From Acidocella sp. (lineage in GTDB: Bacteria; Pseudomonadota; Alphaproteobacteria; Acetobacterales; Acetobacteraceae), in the NCBI GenBank assembly GCA_965199045.1, contig CBDAQL010000004.1:627-64626 (forward strand): a DNA stretch of 64,000 bases, given 5' to 3'. Positions 56,252 through 64,000 of this stretch are shown piece after piece. How positions within the stretch are numbered: the stretch's first letter is position 1; each line of letters starts with the position of its first letter. A program made the position numbers and the translations under genes. The notes beneath the pieces were generated by a model. It was not told the DNA's origin. It worked only from the letters and a program-made list of their open reading frames with translations, and ran no database searches.

Positions 56252-57030
56252 GGCTCAAAGGGCGCGTCGCGCTAATCACCGGCGCCGGCCTTGGCATCGG
56301 CCGCGGGATTGCCTGCGCCTTTGCCGCCGAAGGTGCCAATGTCGTCATCGGCACCCGCAGCCAGGGCGCCGGCGAAGAGACCGTCGCGATGATCCGAGCC
56401 AATGGCGGCCAAGCCGATCTTGTCGTCGTTGACGTCGCCAGCCGCGCCGGCTGCGAACAATTAGTCGCAGATTGCGTCAGCCGCCTTGGCAGGATCGATA
56501 TTCTGCTGCATAACGCAGCAGCGTTTCCATTTGCCAGTGTCGAAACGCTGACCGATGATGATCTCGAAGCGACACTGGCGCTCAACGTCAAATCCTGCTT
56601 CTGGCTCACCAAAGCGGCATTGCCGCACCTGCGGGGTTCAGCATCCCCGCGGATTCTTATCACCTCCTCGGTCTCCGGCAATCATGCGACCGCGCCCGGC
56701 CTCACCCATTATTCAGCGTCGAAGGCGGCGGTCACCGGCTTTATCAGAAACCTCGCACTCGAACTCGCAGCCGAGGGCATCACCGTAAATGCCGTAGAGC
56801 CCGGCTTCATCCGCACCGAACGCAACAGCGTCCCGGAAATGGCTGAAATTGTAAAGAACATCTCCCGCCAGATCCCGATGCGCCGCGCCGGCAGCCCAGC
56901 CGACATCGCCGGCGCAATGCTCTTCCTCGCCTCGGATCAGGCCAGCTATATCACCGGACAATCCATCGTGGTCGATGGCGGCCTGACCCTCGGCGTGCCA
57001 GGCGATTTCGCCGATATCACCGGGGGCTGA
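56248..57030 (+). CDS. SDR oxidoreductase (FabG-like)
   Basis: TGAGLGIG, YSASK and VDGG; ATGA overlap with hsaD. Confidence 0.9.
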   Translation: MRLKGRVALITGAGLGIGRGIACAFAAEGANVVIGTRSQGAGEETVAMIRANGGQADLVVVDVASRAGCEQLVADCVSRLGRIDILLHNAAAFPFASVETLTDDDLEATLALNVKSCFWLTKAALPHLRGSASPRILITSSVSGNHATAPGLTHYSASKAAVTGFIRNLALELAAEGITVNAVEPGFIRTERNSVPEMAEIVKNISRQIPMRRAGSPADIAGAMLFLASDQASYITGQSIVVDGGLTLGVPGDFADITGG

Positions 57031-57038
57031 GGCAAGCA

Positions 57039-57286
57039 CTTCTTTTTCTGAAGAAAAAGAAGCAAAAAGACTTCTTTTATTCTGGGGCATGGGCGGTTGA
57101 CGATCCCGGCTCCAGAATAAAAAGAGGTTTTGTGTCGCTCTCAGGAAAATCGATTGAGAATAGCGTTAACCGAACAAACCGGTTATGGCGAAGTATCAGG
57201 TTTTTTTTAATCTGGGCAATGGGTGGTTGACGATCCCGGCTCTAGAATAGACGAAAGTTTTTGCGCCGCTTTTTTCAAAAAGCGGC
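57039..57286. repeat. Composite hairpin element (REP/MITE-like) between convergent SDR genes
   Basis: Left hairpin CTTCTTTTTC-TGAA-GAAAAAGAAG; right hairpin GCCGCTTTTT-TC-AAAAAGCGGC; two internal ~42-bp near-copies (57079-57120, 57209-57250), the first closed by an 11-bp stem. Confidence 0.75.
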
Positions 57287-57302
57287 TGCTTAGACTCTAA
57301 CC

Positions 57303-58061
57303 TCAATGAAACGTCCGGCCGCCATCTACTGCAAGCGCGGCGCCGGTTACATAGGACGATTCCGACGAGGTTAGAAATAGGATTGCGCTGGCGATTTCTT
57401 CTGGCTGCGCCATGCGTTGTAGGGGATAATCCTTGGCGCTGGGGAGCGCGCTGTTCGGGCTTGCCATGTTGCGTGCATTGCGCACCATCGGCGTGTCGAC
57501 GATGCCGGGACAGACCACGTTCGCCCGGATGTCCGGGGCTAATTCACCGGCAATTGCCTTGGTGAAATTCATGACGCCGGCTTTTGAGGCGGCATAGACC
57601 GCGCTGGCGCCGACTGGCCGGATTGCCTGGGCGGATGCGATGTTGACGATCGTCGCGGCGCCTGCGGCGCGCAGCCATGGCAGTGCGGCGCGGCAGACCA
57701 GATACGGTCCTGTGAGGTTGACGCCGATGACGCGCTGCCATGTCGCGGGGTCCAGTGCTTCAAGGGCGAGGACGCTGACGATACCGGCGGCGTTTACAAT
57801 CGCGTCGATCCCGCCCAGAACTTCTGCAACGCGCGCGGTGGTTGCTTCGACTGCTTCCGCGTCAGTGACATCGAGGATGAAGCCGTGACAACCCATTGCA
57901 TTGGCGGCTTCGATGACTGCCGGGTTGGCGTCGAGTAAGGCCACGGCGGCACCGGCTTGCGCGAACAGGGTGGCGGTGGCGTGGCCGATACCTGACGCGG
58001 CGCCGGTGATGAGGGCCCGGCGGCCGGCAAGTCTGCCCTGCAGAGTTGGTTGCGCTGTCAA
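57303..58061 (-). CDS. SDR oxidoreductase
   Basis: TGAASGIG, VNAAG and YAASK. Confidence 0.9.
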   Translation of the reverse strand: MTAQPTLQGRLAGRRALITGAASGIGHATATLFAQAGAAVALLDANPAVIEAANAMGCHGFILDVTDAEAVEATTARVAEVLGGIDAIVNAAGIVSVLALEALDPATWQRVIGVNLTGPYLVCRAALPWLRAAGAATIVNIASAQAIRPVGASAVYAASKAGVMNFTKAIAGELAPDIRANVVCPGIVDTPMVRNARNMASPNSALPSAKDYPLQRMAQPEEIASAILFLTSSESSYVTGAALAVDGGRTFH

Positions 58062-58075
58062 TATGAAATCATTCT

Positions 58076-59245
58076 CTAGACTTGAATATCGGGGTTCTCG
58101 AGTCCGAGGAGGACGGCGCCGTAGCTGCGGGCCGTGACCTGGCTTTGGTTGGAAATATGCTGGCGTGCGGCGATAAGATCAGCATAGATGCGGCCCAGCG
58201 GTAGCGTTTCGTAGAGGCCGTGGCCGCCGGAACCGCGGAACAAATTGCCGGCGAGTTCCAGGCAGCGCTCGGCGACCAGCGAGGACTGATATTTGTAGAA
58301 CAGGCGCAGGTCGGTCGGCGGCATTTCGCCGCGTTCTGCAAAGCGCCGCAATTCGGCGAAATTGCGATGCAACACCAGGCGCATCTCATCGATGGCATTG
58401 GCGGCTTCGGCGCAGGCGCGCTGGGCGTCCGGGTCATTCGCGGTTGCAGCCCCTGTGGTGCCGATGCGGCTGGAGCCGTAGGCGCGGAACGCATCGAGCA
58501 TTGCCTGCAATGCGCCGATGCAGCCATTGCTGACAACCCTGCTGAATACCTGGACGAACGGAACACGGTAGAGCGCGCCAGTGTTTACCGCGTGGCCGGG
58601 GCTGACGCCGGTGACATAAGCATCGCGAAGATTATGCACCCGGTAATCCGGTACGAACACGTTATCAACGATGATATCCTGGCTGCCGGTGCCCTTCAGG
58701 CCGAGAACATGCCAGGTGTCCTCAATGGCAAAGTCGGATCGGGGCAGGAGAAAGGTGCGGTAATCGCCGTCGCCGGGGTCGCCCACCAGGCCGCCCAGCA
58801 GAATCCAGCCGCAATATTCGCTGCCGCTGGAGAATTTCCAGCGGCCTGAGAAGCGGAACCCGCCATTGACCGGCTTTGCCCTGCCGGTTGGCATGTAGGT
58901 TGAGGCGATGAGCGTCGTATCGTCATCGCCCCATACATCGTGGGCGGCGCGATCATCGAACAATGCGAGTTGGAAAGGGTGCACGCCGACGACGCCATAG
59001 ACCCAGGCAACGGAGAGATCGCCTTCCGCCAACGCCATCTGAACTTCGGCGAACAGCGCCGGATCCGCCTCGAACCCGCCCCAGCGTTTGGGCTGCAAAA
59101 CCTTGAATAATCCGGCTTCGCGAAGCTCGGATATTGTCTCGGGCGTCGCGCGCCGCTCGTAGCTTTGCTGTGCTGCGCGCGCTGAAAGGGCTGGGATCAT
59201 CGCCCGGGCGCGGCCGATGAGTTGATGCGGATCGATATAGCTCAT
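58076..59245 (-). CDS. hsaA: Two-component flavin monooxygenase, oxygenase subunit (HsaA/TesA1-like)
   Basis: LFKVLQPKRWGG, GVHPFQLALF, SGRWKFSSG, WHVLGLKGTGS and GSGGHG; acyl-CoA-dehydrogenase fold. Confidence 0.82.
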   Translation of the reverse strand: MSYIDPHQLIGRARAMIPALSARAAQQSYERRATPETISELREAGLFKVLQPKRWGGFEADPALFAEVQMALAEGDLSVAWVYGVVGVHPFQLALFDDRAAHDVWGDDDTTLIASTYMPTGRAKPVNGGFRFSGRWKFSSGSEYCGWILLGGLVGDPGDGDYRTFLLPRSDFAIEDTWHVLGLKGTGSQDIIVDNVFVPDYRVHNLRDAYVTGVSPGHAVNTGALYRVPFVQVFSRVVSNGCIGALQAMLDAFRAYGSSRIGTTGAATANDPDAQRACAEAANAIDEMRLVLHRNFAELRRFAERGEMPPTDLRLFYKYQSSLVAERCLELAGNLFRGSGGHGLYETLPLGRIYADLIAARQHISNQSQVTARSYGAVLLGLENPDIQV

Positions 59246-60843
59246 GACGCGATAGAACCTTCAAGGGGCTTGGCTGTTGCAGTGACAAGTGCTGCGACTT
59301 CCCGCCGCAGTTCGTGCTTGGCGATTTTATCACCCGCCGAGCGCGGCATATCCGGCAGCACCTGCATCAGCTCCGGCCATATTTCCGGAGACGTCCGATG
59401 CGCGCGAAAATGCGAAACCATATCTTGGAGTGTCAATTCGGTCCAACCCGGCCGCAAGGTCACGAACAATGCGACCCGTTCGCCGAATTTCGGGTCGGGT
59501 GCTGCCATTGCGGCGGCCAGATGTACCGCCGGATGTTTGGAGGCAAGTTCCTCGACCGCGGCGCAACTGACATTCTTGCCGCCGCGCAGCACGAAATCGC
59601 CAGTGCGGCCGATGACGTGCAGATAGCCCTGGTCGTCCATCTCGACGAAATCGTCCATCAGCATCCAGCCATCCGGCGTAAAAAGCCGGCTGTTTGCCGT
59701 GTCGTCGGCGTAATAGCCGCGGCTGAGAAGCGGGCCTTTGCCGGCCGGGCGGCCGCGTCCGCCGGCGGTGACGTCGCGGCCGGCTTCATCGAACAGCCGC
59801 ACGTTCATTATTGCAATCAGGCGTCCTGCCGTTGTTACCCGCTTTTCTTGCGGATCATGGACCGTGGTGCAGCTGAGACCGCCGGTTTCGTTCGAGCCAT
59901 AGAAGTTGAGAACCTTTGCGCCGCTTTGGGTCTCAAAGGCGCGTGCCCGTTCCGGTGGGATGGCCTCGCCGCCGGAAAAGACGACGCGCAAGGCGTTAAG
60001 ATCCGTGTTTGCAAACTGCGGCGAATTCAGCATCATGGTCAGCTGTGTCGTTACCGCGGCCATTACCGTGACGTGGTAGCGTTCGATCATTGCAATCGCG
60101 GTGTCGGCATCAAATTGCGGGAATACGATAACCGGTATGCCCAGCAATAGCGGCGTGACATGCGACGTCCACAGGCCGAACCCGAACGGCGATGGCGCGC
60201 AGCTCATCATGATGTCGCGGTTGCCAAGCTCGCCGCCGGCGCGCGCGACTTCGTGGAAGGCGAACCAGCGAAGCTGGTCGTGCATCACGCATTTCGGCAT
60301 GCCGGTGGTGCCGGAGGTGGAGTTGAGCAGGAAAAGATCGCCGGGTTTGATCGACAATGGCAACGGCTTACCTGGCGGGTCCTGCAGCATCGCCTCCGGC
60401 GCGTCCGGCAGCAGAATATGGGCGCGCAAATCCGGCACCCGTTCGGCGAGCCAGAGAAATCCGGCTTGCATTTCATCGCCGCGATGCGCCGCCAGCGAAA
60501 CCAGCGCATGGGCATCGCCCTTGGCCAGCAAATGCGCCGCCTCGCGCATGCCGGTCCGCGCGCCGAGGCCAACCGCAACCAGACCTGCCTTTTCGGCGCC
60601 CATCATAGCCGCGTGCAGAATGATGCCGTCCGGCAGCAGCAGACCGACATGCTCGCCTGGCGTTAGCCCGGCGGCCCGCAGGCGCAGTGCGATGGCATCC
60701 GAAAGCTGATCATATTGCCGCCAGCTGAAGCAACGCTCCGGCTCGATGAGCGCCAAGCCGGCTGGATTGCGGGCGGCGTGCTCGCGCAGGATTGCGGCCA
60801 GGCTAGGCTGCTGCATCGGCTCGGCGGGCGTTGCGGACGGCAT
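59242..60843 (-). CDS. Acyl-CoA synthetase (ANL family)
   Basis: STSGTTGMPK, YGSNETGG, IGRTGDFVLRGGKNV and GDKIAK. Confidence 0.88.
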   Translation of the reverse strand: MPSATPAEPMQQPSLAAILREHAARNPAGLALIEPERCFSWRQYDQLSDAIALRLRAAGLTPGEHVGLLLPDGIILHAAMMGAEKAGLVAVGLGARTGMREAAHLLAKGDAHALVSLAAHRGDEMQAGFLWLAERVPDLRAHILLPDAPEAMLQDPPGKPLPLSIKPGDLFLLNSTSGTTGMPKCVMHDQLRWFAFHEVARAGGELGNRDIMMSCAPSPFGFGLWTSHVTPLLLGIPVIVFPQFDADTAIAMIERYHVTVMAAVTTQLTMMLNSPQFANTDLNALRVVFSGGEAIPPERARAFETQSGAKVLNFYGSNETGGLSCTTVHDPQEKRVTTAGRLIAIMNVRLFDEAGRDVTAGGRGRPAGKGPLLSRGYYADDTANSRLFTPDGWMLMDDFVEMDDQGYLHVIGRTGDFVLRGGKNVSCAAVEELASKHPAVHLAAAMAAPDPKFGERVALFVTLRPGWTELTLQDMVSHFRAHRTSPEIWPELMQVLPDMPRSAGDKIAKHELRREVAALVTATAKPLEGSIAS

Positions 60844-60849
60844 CGGGCG

Positions 60850-62325
60850 TCACGCTTGCGGCTTGAGCAGTGCCGCGGCGGCGTGCTCGACGCGGGTGCC
60901 GCGGAAGAAGTTGCGATTAAGGCCGCCGTAGAAACTTGCCGGGAAGGTAAACACGAAGTCCTTGAAATCGGCGTCGCTGATATGTCCGTGCTCGACCAGC
61001 TCATAGGCTTCCACCAGCACTTCGGTCATGTCGGAGACATCCCAGTGCCCGGCATCGGAGCTGAACATCGCCTGCAGGCGGGAGCCTTCCGGATTAAGCT
61101 CGCGGTTGAAGGCCCAGGCAACGCTGCTATCGTCTGCTTCGCAGCCGAAATAAAATTTGGGGACGAAAGCCTCGATCAGTTCCTGCTCGCTTGCGATGTC
61201 GAGCCCAGTCCATTCGTCCAGCACCGGCGGCAATGGCTCGAGCTTGGTGAAGCTTTCGCGCAGACCTTCGACTTTGGCTGAAAACACATCGTCGCCGTAG
61301 TCGTTGAAGAGCTGCAGCAGCAAATCGGTGTCGATGCGCGCGGGGTCAAGATTGCCGATGGTCTGGCTGTTGCGTTTGTCCCAATGGCCAATGAGATCGT
61401 TCAACAAGGTGCAGGCCCAGCCGACGCCGCCTTCCAGCATGCCGAAGCTTAGTTGCGGAAAGCGGCGGGTGACGCCGGCCATGAACAGCGATTTGCAGGT
61501 CGCCTCCATGGCGGCGCCGAATGAGCCGATGTGGTTGTACATGTAGTTGGTGGGCGATTGCCGGCTGCCCCAGCCCATGCCGGGCGTATGCGTCGCCGGG
61601 TTGACCTTCAGCTCGACGCAGCGGCGCCAGAAGGGGTCGTAGTCATAGGGGCTGTCCAGACCAAGCGTATCGATCGTAGAGCCTGGGCGGCCGCCCCAGG
61701 CGGGCCGGTCGCCGGCGCTGGTCAGCAATGGCCGGTGGATCAGGCCATTGATCATGATCGCCTTGAAGCCGAGTTCCTGCACCGCGTAATTCAGCTCGGC
61801 GATCGCCTCCTCGGGCGTATGGGTTGGGATTTGCGCCACTGCCGTCATGCGGTCGGCATAAGGGCGGTAGACCTCGGCATAGAAGCGGTTGAGGCTGCGG
61901 CAGACCACCTGGCGCAGTTCGGCATCACCGATGGAGGTCGCGGTCAGCGTGCGGCTGGGATACATCACCGAGAAGTCGATGCCCATGTCGTCCAGCCGCT
62001 GCGCCATCAGCCGCGGCAGATGCGCAGTGGCGCGATCCAGCGTGTTGGCGGCAGGCAAGCTCCACCAGGGCGGCCGCGTCACGCCTTTGAGCAGGCGGTT
62101 TTGCGCGGTCATCTCCGACCAGGGGCGCAGCACCGTATCATCATAGTCGAACCCGGCCTCGCCGGCCTCGATACGCTTGGCGAGATCGGCGCCCGCCAGC
62201 TCGCGCACGCTGTCGATGACGTAGGGCTTCAGGATCGGCATGGTCTCGATATAATGGCCGTCGGCATCGATCACGGGATGATCGAGGCGCGAGCGGATCT
62301 CGCGGGCGGAAGCATGATTGAGCAA
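60850..62325 (-). CDS. Amidohydrolase-2 family metal-dependent hydrolase/decarboxylase
   Basis: VIDADGH, FGMLEGGVGW, YFGCEADD and FSSDAGHWD. Confidence 0.82.
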   Translation of the reverse strand: MLNHASAREIRSRLDHPVIDADGHYIETMPILKPYVIDSVRELAGADLAKRIEAGEAGFDYDDTVLRPWSEMTAQNRLLKGVTRPPWWSLPAANTLDRATAHLPRLMAQRLDDMGIDFSVMYPSRTLTATSIGDAELRQVVCRSLNRFYAEVYRPYADRMTAVAQIPTHTPEEAIAELNYAVQELGFKAIMINGLIHRPLLTSAGDRPAWGGRPGSTIDTLGLDSPYDYDPFWRRCVELKVNPATHTPGMGWGSRQSPTNYMYNHIGSFGAAMEATCKSLFMAGVTRRFPQLSFGMLEGGVGWACTLLNDLIGHWDKRNSQTIGNLDPARIDTDLLLQLFNDYGDDVFSAKVEGLRESFTKLEPLPPVLDEWTGLDIASEQELIEAFVPKFYFGCEADDSSVAWAFNRELNPEGSRLQAMFSSDAGHWDVSDMTEVLVEAYELVEHGHISDADFKDFVFTFPASFYGGLNRNFFRGTRVEHAAAALLKPQA

Positions 62326-62343
62326 GCAGGCGCTCCTTTTCGT

Positions 62344-62904
62344 TTAAGCGCGGGCGCGGGCGAGATCGCGCCGGACCGCTTCGCGGACTGTTTCGGGATC
62401 GATCTGGAAGCGCGCGGCATAGGCGCCCGCGACCACCTGCGGCATGATCAATTCAAGGTCGGCAACGCTCACCAGCGCCTCGCAGCCGGGCTCGGCACGG
62501 CGCAGCATCTGCGGCAGCCGGGTGCGAATACGGTCGAGCGCCCAGGCCAGCGGGTCGCCATCGGCAAACGGGTCGACATGCAGCAGCTCGTTGCGCTTGG
62601 CCCGCCAGGAAACGTAATGATAATGCGGATCTTCCTCGAAGCAGTCGAAGCGCAGATGCTCGCGCCAGCCATCGGACCCTCGCACATAGACATGCAGCGA
62701 GACGCCGCGATCATCGATTTCGGTGAGCTTGCCGGTCTGGTCGCCGGTTGCGGCCTCCAGCACCTGACGCGAGGCTGCGGTAATCTCGTCGTCCAGCACG
62801 CGGTACTCGACCCCGATGCGCACATTGCCGGATTCGAAGTAGCGTGTATGCGCCTCGATCGCCGGGATCGGCATCATGTCGTAGCGCGTGATATGGTCGA
62901 CCAT
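62344..62904 (-). CDS. Hypothetical protein, first gene of the amidohydrolase-ligase-hsaA operon
   Basis: 186-aa ORF tightly spaced with the operon; motif-like LRFDCFEEDPHYHY; function not recognised. Confidence 0.7.
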   Translation of the reverse strand: MVDHITRYDMMPIPAIEAHTRYFESGNVRIGVEYRVLDDEITAASRQVLEAATGDQTGKLTEIDDRGVSLHVYVRGSDGWREHLRFDCFEEDPHYHYVSWRAKRNELLHVDPFADGDPLAWALDRIRTRLPQMLRRAEPGCEALVSVADLELIMPQVVAGAYAARFQIDPETVREAVRRDLARARA

Positions 62905-63218
62905 CGCTCAAGTCCGCCCGTGAGAGCGATTAGCGATTACGCCGGACGCTGATTGCTTTGGTGCTTTTGAATTCACAGGATTTTTTGTTGGCTTTTTGCT
63001 TGGCAAGGTCGTCATCCTCTATTGGGTCTGTCGCCCTTTAAGAAGGACAAACGTAATCCGAAATCGGTCCTTTGTCAATGTGAAAATGGATTATTTCGTT
63101 GCTCTAAGCGCGATCTCATGCGATATCAATCCTGTCGGCTGCTTCCGGCGAAGCCTTTGATCAGCATTTCCGTCTGGAGTTTGGCGTCCTGTCCACCGCC
63201 CTTGCCAATGTTTCAGCA

Positions 63219-64000
63219 ATGATATCGCCGAGCGTCGAACGGACCAGCGCGGCCGACATTGATGACCGGATGTTCACGCTGCTGCGGTCGGATGGCCGTC
63301 AATCCTTTCGGGAGCTGGGCGACCAGCTTGGTGTTTCCGCCAAGCAGGCCGGCGCGCGATTGCGCCGTTTGCTTGATTCCGGAGAGGTCAGCATCATCGC
63401 GACGGTGGACAGCATCGCCGCCGGCTTCCAATTCATGCTGGCGATTGCCGTTGAGGTTGATGGTCCGGTGAACGCGGTGGCCGACGCGCTGGCCGCCATA
63501 CCCAACGTGCTGGTGGTGCTGCGCATGGCCGGCCAGTACGACATTGAGATTGTGGTTGCGGCAGAGAGCCAGGCCGAGCTTGCCCGCCTGGTGAAAACGC
63601 AACTGGGCTGTATCGGCGGCATTCGCGCGCTGCATCCAAGCTTCGTGCTGGACATTGCCAAATTCGAAACCGGGTTCGGGCGCAGCGATGCGGGGGCGCC
63701 GGCGCTTTCCTGGCCGTCGGGCTGCGGGCTTGACCCTGTTGATAAGGCGATCATCGAGCGGCTTTGGGAAAATGCGCGGGCGCCCAACGAAGCAATCGGC
63801 GCCGCCCTTGGTCTAAGCGAAAGCACGGTACGGGCCCGCATCGCCCAGATGCGCCGGCGCAACCTGATCCACGTCACCGCGATCCGCAATATCGAGCTGG
63901 GGCATGATCTGCTATTTGCCTTCATCGGCGTCGGCCTGCGGCACAGTGGGCGAGCGGAAGTTATCGACGGCTTGGTGGCGATGCCGCAAACTGCCTTTGT
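63219..64000 (+). CDS. Tandem (double) Lrp/AsnC-family regulator, runs off the window end
   Basis: My translation from ATG 63219: IDDRMFTLLRSDGRQSFRELGDQLGVSAKQAGARLRRL (HTH 1), a RAM-like domain, then LDPVDKAIIERLWENARAPNEAIGAALGLSESTVRARIAQM (HTH 2). Open to the window end, so absent from the ORF track. Confidence 0.88.
   Translation, partial: MISPSVERTSAADIDDRMFTLLRSDGRQSFRELGDQLGVSAKQAGARLRRLLDSGEVSIIATVDSIAAGFQFMLAIAVEVDGPVNAVADALAAIPNVLVVLRMAGQYDIEIVVAAESQAELARLVKTQLGCIGGIRALHPSFVLDIAKFETGFGRSDAGAPALSWPSGCGLDPVDKAIIERLWENARAPNEAIGAALGLSESTVRARIAQMRRRNLIHVTAIRNIELGHDLLFAFIGVGLRHSGRAEVIDGLVAMPQTAF

Overview
GC-rich alphaproteobacterial chromosomal DNA, probably from an acidophilic Acetobacteraceae-like organism (inferred from an intergenic hairpin element and the gene families; not verified). 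I found no rRNA, tRNA, CRISPR array, integrase or transposase. Blocks in order: (1) 1-7.5 kb: type II secretion genes gspI/H/F/E and a prepilin peptidase enclosing a secreted phosphoesterase plus a diheme peroxidase/MauG-family gene. (2) 7.6-10 kb: MFS plus ArsB/NhaD permease pair. (3) 10-22.5 kb: three c-di-GMP enzymes (two paralogous GAF-GGDEF-EAL proteins and a LOV-EAL protein lacking the conserved LOV glutamine), an APC permease and a class-II UvrA. (4) 22.5-29.2 kb: AraC regulator, SDR, a small ORF and a hydantoinase/oxoprolinase A+B pair. (5) 29.4-53.1 kb: a Wzy-type polysaccharide locus (LuxR, wzy, wza, wzc, GH16, GT8, wzx, GT4) that runs directly into a PLP decarboxylase, a citramalate-synthase homologue with an altered regulatory domain, a split two-gene NRPS (acyl-ligase-PCP-C / Gly-A-PCP-TE), a PPTase and a membrane acyltransferase-3. 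This is the best candidate for an undescribed system: assembly-line synthesis of an acyl-glycyl group for decorating a polysaccharide (inference). (6) 53.2-64 kb: an HsaA/HsaC/HsaD-like ring hydroxylation and meta-cleavage cluster with SDRs, CoA ligase, amidohydrolase and a tandem Lrp regulator that the ORF track misses.
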